Of a DNA stretch of 13,310 nt, positions 7,928 to 13,310 are shown piece after piece. The notes under the pieces were generated by a model, which did not search any database, was not told the origin of the DNA, and saw nothing but the letters and a program-made list of their open reading frames with translations. This DNA comes from Candidatus Fervidifonticultor secundus (GTDB lineage: Bacteria; Sysuimicrobiota; Sysuimicrobiia; Sysuimicrobiales; Humicultoraceae), in contig JAVKIP010000038.1 of NCBI GenBank assembly GCA_031459385.1, positions 1 through 13,310 of the forward strand, written 5' to 3'. Numbering within the stretch: position 1 is the stretch's first letter; every line of letters begins with the position of its first letter. A program made the position numbers and the translations under genes.

Positions 7928-8070
7928 TGACCTGGATCTATCGGTGCATCGTGCTACTGCTGGTGGTCCTGGTCACCCTGGACCTGTTCGAGGAGCGCGA
8001 CCGGTTGCGCCAGGCCGTGGCGGTCATGGTCCTCGTGCCGCTGATCTTGCGCTTGCTGATGCTCAGATGA
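7927..8070 (+). CDS. 47-aa two-helix membrane microprotein (not in the ORF track)
   Basis: Translates as MTWIYRCIVLLLVVLVTLDLFEERDRLRQAVAVMVLVPLILRLLMLR*. The ATG shares the permease stop (TGATG, 7925-7929) and its TGA overlaps the next ATG (ATGA, 8067-8070). Third codon positions are GC-rich. Confidence 0.8.
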   Translation: MTWIYRCIVLLLVVLVTLDLFEERDRLRQAVAVMVLVPLILRLLMLR

Positions 8071-9197
8071 AGCGCACGCCGTGGCCGGCCCTGGGATTCG
8101 CCGCGGTGGCTGTGCTGGTGGCGGCCGCGAGCGGCCGCGCGTTCGTGGCGATGCGCGTGCCCGAGCCGATCTTCGCAGGACCGGGCGTCTCCCGACAGCG
8201 CTCGCTGGGGGCGTACAACCCTGTCCTGCGCGGCCGATCGGCCGACACGGGCGTCTACTTCCTCGACGGCGCCCGGCCCGGCGGCACGGTCCTGGTCCTG
8301 GGCGGGACGCATCCCAACGAGCCGGCCGGATACCTGGCAGCGGTGCTCCTCGTGGAGCGCGCCCGGGTTGCTGCCGGTCGCCTGATCGTCGTCCCGCGTG
8401 CCAACGGCAGCGCCTTCACGCACAACGACCCGCAGGAAGCCTCGCCCCAGACCTTCGAGATCTCCACACCCGGGGGGCCGCGCATCTTCCGGTTCGGGTC
8501 GCGCAACACCAACCCCATCGACCAGTGGCCGGACCCGGACGTCTATGTGCACGCCTCGTCGGGACAGCGCCTCTCGGGTAGCGAGGTCCGCAACCTGAAC
8601 CGCGCCTTTCCCGGTCGGCCCGATGGGACGTTCACCGAGCAGATCGCGCTGGCGATCACGACCCTGATCAGGGCCGAGGGGGTGGACCTGGTCATCGACC
8701 TGCACGAGGCGTCGCCGGAGTACCCGGTGATCAACGCCATCGTGGCCCACGAGCGGGCCATGCCCCTGGCGGCGGCGGTGTTACTCGAGATGCAGATGGC
8801 CGGCATCCAGATCGGGCTGGAGCCATCGCCCCAGAGGCTGCGGGGCCTCAGCCATCGCGAACTCGGCGACCATACACCGGCGCTGGCCGTGTTGATGGAG
8901 ACGCCCAACCCGTCACAGGGGCGCATCCGCGGCCGGACCAGCGCCGAGCTGGTCACCGGCGGCCGCGACGTGATCTACGAACGTGCCGCGGCGGCCGGTC
9001 GGCTGTTCGTGCCGTTCGACCCGGGTGGGTGGCCGATCGAGGTCCGGATGGGTCGCCATCTGGCCGGCGTGGGCCTCTTCGCCGCGAGGCTGGGGATCGT
9101 GCGCGCTGGCCGCGCCGTGATCATAGACGATCTTCCCGATCTTGCGGCCCTGCGGCGCAACGGGCTGGGCCGCTACCTGAGCCCGCCGCGGCCATAG
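8067..9197 (+). CDS. Exported M14-type zinc peptidase/deacylase (succinylglutamate desuccinylase/aspartoacylase family), 376 aa
   Basis: GGTHPNEPAG (HxxE, 8310-8321), LIVVPRAN, NLNRAFPG, VIDLHEA (third Zn ligand) and the probable catalytic Glu in METPNP. N-terminal signal/anchor MKRTPWPALGFAAVAVLVAAASG. The start is ATG 8067 rather than 7863. Confidence 0.87.
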   Translation: MKRTPWPALGFAAVAVLVAAASGRAFVAMRVPEPIFAGPGVSRQRSLGAYNPVLRGRSADTGVYFLDGARPGGTVLVLGGTHPNEPAGYLAAVLLVERARVAAGRLIVVPRANGSAFTHNDPQEASPQTFEISTPGGPRIFRFGSRNTNPIDQWPDPDVYVHASSGQRLSGSEVRNLNRAFPGRPDGTFTEQIALAITTLIRAEGVDLVIDLHEASPEYPVINAIVAHERAMPLAAAVLLEMQMAGIQIGLEPSPQRLRGLSHRELGDHTPALAVLMETPNPSQGRIRGRTSAELVTGGRDVIYERAAAAGRLFVPFDPGGWPIEVRMGRHLAGVGLFAARLGIVRAGRAVIIDDLPDLAALRRNGLGRYLSPPRP

Positions 9198-9300
9198 CCC
9201 CCGCGGCTTCTGTGTGGTGCCTAGGGTGAGCAACCGATGCATCCCAAGAGGGCAGTTGGTACCGTAGAACTGACAACAGGAACGAGAGGAGTGACTGCCC

Positions 9301-11583
9301 ATGCCTGCGGGGTTCACGCGTGAGGACGCGCTCGAATACCACACCCGCGGTCGGCCCGGCAAGATCGCCATCGCGCTCACGAAACCGTGTGCTACCCAGC
9401 GTGACCTGACCCTGGCGTACAGCCCGGGCGTGGCCGAGCCGGTTCGGGAGATCTACAAGCAGCCGCTAGACGCGTACACCTACACCAACAAGGGCAACCT
9501 CGTGGCCGTGCTCAGCAACGGAACGGCCATCCTCGGCCTCGGCAACCTGGGCGCGCTGGCCAGCAAGCCGGTCATGGAGGGTAAGGCGCTACTGTTCAAG
9601 CGCTTCGCCGACGTGGATGCCTTCGACGTCGAGGTGGACGCTACCACGCCCGACGAGATCGTGGCGGCTGGCAAAGCCATCGCCCCCACCTTTGGCGGGA
9701 TCAACCTGGAGGACATCAAGGCGCCCGAGTGCTTCGAGGTCGAGGAGCGACTCAAAGCCGAGCTGGACATCCCGGTCTTCCATGACGACCAGCACGGGAC
9801 GGCCATTATCAGTGGCGCTGGGTTGCTCAACGCCCTCGAGCTGGTCAACAAGCGGATCGAGGACATCAAGGTCGTCATCAGCGGCGCCGGCGCCTCGGCG
9901 ATCGCCAGCGCTGAGTTCTACGTTCGGCTGGGCGTGCGTCGCGAGCACATCACCCTGTGCGACACCAAGGGCGTCATCTACAAGGGCCGGACCGAGAACA
10001 TGAACCCTTACAAGGCACGGTTTGCGGTCGAGACCGAGGCCCGGACGCTGGCGGACGCCATGAGGGGTGCCGACGTGTTCCTGGGGCTCTCGGGGCCCAA
10101 CCTCGTCACCCGCGAGATGGTCCAGAGCATGGCGCGCGACCCGATCATCTTCGCCATGGCCAACCCCGATCCGGAGATTCCCTACGACGAGGCCAAGGCG
10201 GCCAGGCCTGATGCCATCGTGGCCACGGGGCGGTCCGACTACCCGAACCAGGTGAACAACGTGTTGGGCTTCCCGTTCATCTTCCGGGGAGCGCTGGATG
10301 TGCGGGCCAGGGCGATCAACGAAGAGATGAAGGTCGCCGCCGCCAAAGCGCTCGCCGCGCTGGCCAAGGAAGAAGTCCCCGAGACCGTGCTGCGGGCCTA
10401 CGGGCTCACCAGCCTGCGATTCGGCCGAGACTACATCATCCCCAAGCCCAACGACCCCCGGGTCCCGCTCTGGGTGGCCCCGGCGGTGGCCGAGGCAGCC
10501 ATGAAGTCGGGCGTCGCCCGTGTGCAGTTGGACCTCAAGGAATACCGGGATCGCCTCTCCCGCCGGCTCATCCCGGCCTGCGAGGTCATGAACGCCATTG
10601 TGGCGCAGGCGCAGGCCTCGCCGCGCCGCATCGTGTTCCCAGAAGGAGAGGAACCCGGGGTCATTCGGGCCGCGGTGGCCGTGGCCAAGGAACGCATCGG
10701 CCAGCCGATCCTGCTCGGGCGCTCAGAGGTCATCCGTCGGCGCATGGAGGAGATTCGGGTCACAGTCCCCCTGACCGTCATCGATCCCGAGCATGCCCCC
10801 GAGCGCGAGCGCTACGCCGAGGCACTGTTCTTCCTCCGGCAGCGGAAGGGCATGACGCGCCGTGAGGCCCTGACACGGGTGATCCGGCCCGTCATGTTCG
10901 GCATGCTGATGGTTCACATGGGCGACGCGGACGCGTGCATCGCCGGCGTGGCACACAACTACCCCGACGTGATCCGGCCCGCCCTCCAGGTGGTGGGCGT
11001 GGCGCCGGGATTCCGGAGGGTAGCCGGGCTCTATCTGGTGCTGTGGAACCACAAGGTCCTGCTGTTCGCCGATCCTACGGTGAACATAGAGTCGACAGCC
11101 GAAGACCTGGCCGATATCGCCATCATGGCCGCCGACCGGGCCATGCAGTTTCACTTGGCCCCCCGGGTGGCGATGCTGTCGTTCTCGAGCTTCGGATCCA
11201 CGCGGCATCCCCTGTCCGAGAAGGTCCGCCAGGCCACCGAGCTGGTGCGGCAGCGCCGGCCCGACCTCATGGTGGACGGCGAGATGATGGTGGAGACCGC
11301 GCTCAACCCGGAGCTGCGCGAGGCCGAGTACCCGTTCTCGGTGCTGAAGGGCGAGGCGAACGTGCTGATCTTCCCGAGCCTGGAGGCCGCCAACGTGGCC
11401 TACAAGCTCATGGAGCACTTGGCCGGGGCCACGGTCATCGGGCCCATCCTGATGGGCATGGCCCGGTCCATCCACGTCCTGCCCCGCGGGGCCGAGGTGG
11501 ACGCGATCGTGAACATGGCGGCGCTGGCCGTCGTCGACGCCCAGTTGCTGGAGCTGCGACCGCGCCGCGCTGCGGCGGGCTAA
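9301..11583 (+). CDS. maeB: NADP-dependent malic enzyme with C-terminal phosphotransacetylase-like domain
   Basis: ALEYH...[69 protein letters not shown] and [17 protein letters not shown]. The PTA-like domain has [17 protein letters not shown] and [23 protein letters not shown] at 9284-9291. Confidence 0.97.
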   Translation: MPAGFTREDALEYHTRGRPGKIAIALTKPCATQRDLTLAYSPGVAEPVREIYKQPLDAYTYTNKGNLVAVLSNGTAILGLGNLGALASKPVMEGKALLFKRFADVDAFDVEVDATTPDEIVAAGKAIAPTFGGINLEDIKAPECFEVEERLKAELDIPVFHDDQHGTAIISGAGLLNALELVNKRIEDIKVVISGAGASAIASAEFYVRLGVRREHITLCDTKGVIYKGRTENMNPYKARFAVETEARTLADAMRGADVFLGLSGPNLVTREMVQSMARDPIIFAMANPDPEIPYDEAKAARPDAIVATGRSDYPNQVNNVLGFPFIFRGALDVRARAINEEMKVAAAKALAALAKEEVPETVLRAYGLTSLRFGRDYIIPKPNDPRVPLWVAPAVAEAAMKSGVARVQLDLKEYRDRLSRRLIPACEVMNAIVAQAQASPRRIVFPEGEEPGVIRAAVAVAKERIGQPILLGRSEVIRRRMEEIRVTVPLTVIDPEHAPERERYAEALFFLRQRKGMTRREALTRVIRPVMFGMLMVHMGDADACIAGVAHNYPDVIRPALQVVGVAPGFRRVAGLYLVLWNHKVLLFADPTVNIESTAEDLADIAIMAADRAMQFHLAPRVAMLSFSSFGSTRHPLSEKVRQATELVRQRRPDLMVDGEMMVETALNPELREAEYPFSVLKGEANVLIFPSLEAANVAYKLMEHLAGATVIGPILMGMARSIHVLPRGAEVDAIVNMAALAVVDAQLLELRPRRAAAG

Positions 11584-11601
11584 CGTTTCGGCAGGCCGGG
11601 G

Positions 11602-11619
11602 CCGCCGGGGGGCTGGCGG
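11602..11619 (+). terminator. Short GC hairpin between convergent genes; weak terminator candidate
   Basis: CCGCCGG-GGGG-CTGGCGG gives a 7-bp stem with one G-U pair. There is no U tract. Confidence 0.25.
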
Positions 11620-11624
11620 AGGGG

Positions 11625-13157
11625 TCAGCGAGCCCGTTCCGGCTCCCAGCCGTAGACCGGCAGGATGTCGACTGGCGCGTAATCGTCGGTCAGCAGAGGC
11701 ACGTCGCTGGTGGCGACCCGGCCGCCGTAGTAGTCGCGGGCGTAGCGGTCCAGCGGCAGCGTCACCCGGCCGCTGGACCGCAGCGCTCGAGCAGCCGTCA
11801 GGATCTCGTCGGCATCGATCCCCGTTCGGCTCGTGGCGATCAGGACGATCGTGCGCGTGTCGGTCGTGATGCGGGCCGGGCCGAATGCCGCCGGGAAGGG
11901 ATAGAGCCCGGGGAACACCGAGCCGTAGGTCTTGTGTAGGGCGCGGTAGAGGCGGCTGTTGCTGCCCTCGAGTGCGCCGATGATGTTCGAGGCGACCAAC
12001 CCTCCCGGGTTGAGATGGTCACGGACGATCTCGAGGAATTCCCGCGTCGCCAGATGGAAGGGGATGCCCTCGGCGAAGTACGCGTCCAGCACGATCAGGT
12101 CGTATTTGGCCTCGGCGCGCCGCAGGTAGACCCGGCCGTCGTCCACGATGATCCGGTGGCGGGGGTGGTCTCTGACCTCGAAGAAGCGCTTCGCGACGTC
12201 AACGACCGCTGGGTCGAGCTCGACGCTGTCAACGGTCACCTCCGGGTAGTCACGCAGGAAGCGCTTGGGTATCGTGCCCGAACCCAGACCGATCACCAGG
12301 ACCCGCCTGATAGTGGGCTGGAACGCCAGCGCCAGGTGGGCGTATGACGTGTAGAGGAAGGGGCTCTCGTAGGGGTTCTTCAGGACCATGCCGCCCTGGA
12401 ACGACCGGTTGAAACGCAGGTACCGGTTCAGACCGTCCTCCAAGACGCTGATCTGGTGATACGCGCTGTCCTTCTCATAGATGACCCGCTGCTGGGGCAG
12501 CCGGATCGGCCCACCCCGGGCCGGCGCCGTAGTCAGCACCAGGGCGACCGCTGCCGCAGCGGAGAGGACCGGCCGCGCGGTCCTCTGGCCGGTCAGGACC
12601 AGGAGGCCGGCCAGGACCAGGAGGCCGCCACCAAGCAGGATCAGGATGGCCCGCACGCCCATGGAAGGGATCAGGAAGAACGCCGTGGCGATGGTGCCGA
12701 AGATGCTGCCCGCGGTCGACAGGGCGTACAGGACGCCGGCGCTGGTGCCGACGGTCGCCAGGTCGCGTGCGACCAGCTTGATGGCGAACGGTGAGGTCGT
12801 CCCCATCAGAATGCTGGGTAGTGCGAACAGCACGATGGATGCCAGCAGTGGGCCAAGCCGCGGGCCCAGATTCCAGGTGTCGAACGCCCACAGCACGGGC
12901 CGGGAGACCACGTTGAGCGCCAGGATCGTCACGCCGGCCAGCGCCAGCAGCGTGGCCAGCACCCCGGCTCTGGGCCACCGGTCGGCCATGGTACCGCCCA
13001 GGTAGTACCCGAGACTGAGCGCGGCCAGGAAGATACTGATCAGCCCGCCCCAGACGAAGACCGAACTCCCGAAAAACGGCGCGATCAGCCGGCTGCCCAC
13101 GATCTCCAGGCCCATCAGGATGGCACCGCTCCCGAAGACCACCACACGCAAGATCAC
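11625..13157 (-). CDS. Fused MFS-like membrane domain / spermidine-synthase-like class I SAM-fold protein
   Basis: About 7 N-terminal TM segments (GAILMGLEIVGSRLIAPFFGSS, GYYLGG, YALSTAGSIFGT), then EKDSAYHQISV, VLVIGLGSGT, VELDPAVVDVAKRFF, DDGRVYL, YDLIVLDAY, HLATREF and LTDDYAP. GGAGG lies 6 nt upstream of GTG 13157, favouring it over 13172. Confidence 0.88.
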   Translation of the reverse strand: MILRVVVFGSGAILMGLEIVGSRLIAPFFGSSVFVWGGLISIFLAALSLGYYLGGTMADRWPRAGVLATLLALAGVTILALNVVSRPVLWAFDTWNLGPRLGPLLASIVLFALPSILMGTTSPFAIKLVARDLATVGTSAGVLYALSTAGSIFGTIATAFFLIPSMGVRAILILLGGGLLVLAGLLVLTGQRTARPVLSAAAAVALVLTTAPARGGPIRLPQQRVIYEKDSAYHQISVLEDGLNRYLRFNRSFQGGMVLKNPYESPFLYTSYAHLALAFQPTIRRVLVIGLGSGTIPKRFLRDYPEVTVDSVELDPAVVDVAKRFFEVRDHPRHRIIVDDGRVYLRRAEAKYDLIVLDAYFAEGIPFHLATREFLEIVRDHLNPGGLVASNIIGALEGSNSRLYRALHKTYGSVFPGLYPFPAAFGPARITTDTRTIVLIATSRTGIDADEILTAARALRSSGRVTLPLDRYARDYYGGRVATSDVPLLTDDYAPVDILPVYGWEPERAR

Positions 13158-13233
13158 AGCGTGCCTCCCCACCGAGATCCGGCCAACACTTCGCCCCTGG
13201 CCGCGATCGGGCCTTCTGCCCCAGCACGCTGAT

Positions 13234-13242
13234 TGGTATACT
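13234..13242 (+). promoter_or_regulatory. Extended -10 promoter element TGgTATACT upstream of pyk
   Basis: TGn plus a 5/6 match to TATAAT in a GC-rich background, ending 16 nt before the pyk ATG in the divergent spacer. Confidence 0.55.
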
Positions 13243-13258
13243 GCGTGAGGATTCGCCG

Positions 13259-13310
13259 ATGCGCCCCACGCGACGTACCAAGATCATCGCCACGCTCGGT
13301 CCGGCTTCCC
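13259..13310 (+). CDS. pyk: Pyruvate kinase N-terminus; 3'-truncated by the window edge (not in the ORF track)
   Basis: ATG 13259 reads MRPTRRTKIIATLGPAS, matching the pyruvate kinase N-terminal motif RRTKI(I/V)ATLGP(A/S)S. GAGG at 13247-13250. Confidence 0.88.
   Translation, partial: MRPTRRTKIIATLGPAS

Noticed and set aside
7863..8066. N-terminal extension of the M14 peptidase (444-aa call)
   Set aside because: It overlaps the permease end and the microprotein. The ATGA coupling and signal peptide indicate the start is 8067.
11598..11624. G-run cluster (possible G-quadruplex) between the convergent genes
   Set aside because: Only three separate runs of three or more G, a competing hairpin, and a GC-rich background.
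12563..12586. 9-bp perfect inverted repeat AGAGGACCG/CGGTCCTCT
   Set aside because: It is intragenic, single-copy and has no U tract, so it is plausible by chance in GC-rich DNA.
12594..12627. 16-nt direct repeat CAGGACCAGGAGGCCG, two copies
   Set aside because: It encodes a repeated GLLVL within a TM helix. Two copies with no spacers is not CRISPR or a mobile-element end.

Overview
A GC-rich (roughly 70% by eye) bacterial window. The + strand carries one tightly packed, co-oriented cluster: the 3' part of a DppC/OppC-type ABC permease, a tandem-domain universal stress protein, and poly-gamma-glutamate (PGA) synthesis genes pgsB/capB, pgsC/capC and a PgsW-like accessory gene, with no pgsA/capA. 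These are followed by an exported DUF6305-like protein, a secreted gamma-glutamyltransferase lacking the lid loop, a DctM/ion-transporter-type permease, a 47-codon two-helix membrane microprotein missing from the ORF track, and an exported M14/AstE-AspA-type zinc peptidase. After the cluster come NADP-malic enzyme MaeB, a convergent membrane-anchored spermidine-synthase-like SAM-fold fusion, and the first 17 codons of pyruvate kinase. The best candidate for an undescribed system is an extended PGA make/process/re-import module (1575-9197) that may include a non-canonical TRAP-like transporter (DUF6305 + DctM-like + microprotein). No RNA genes, CRISPR arrays or mobile elements were seen. All family calls come from motif recognition, not database searches.
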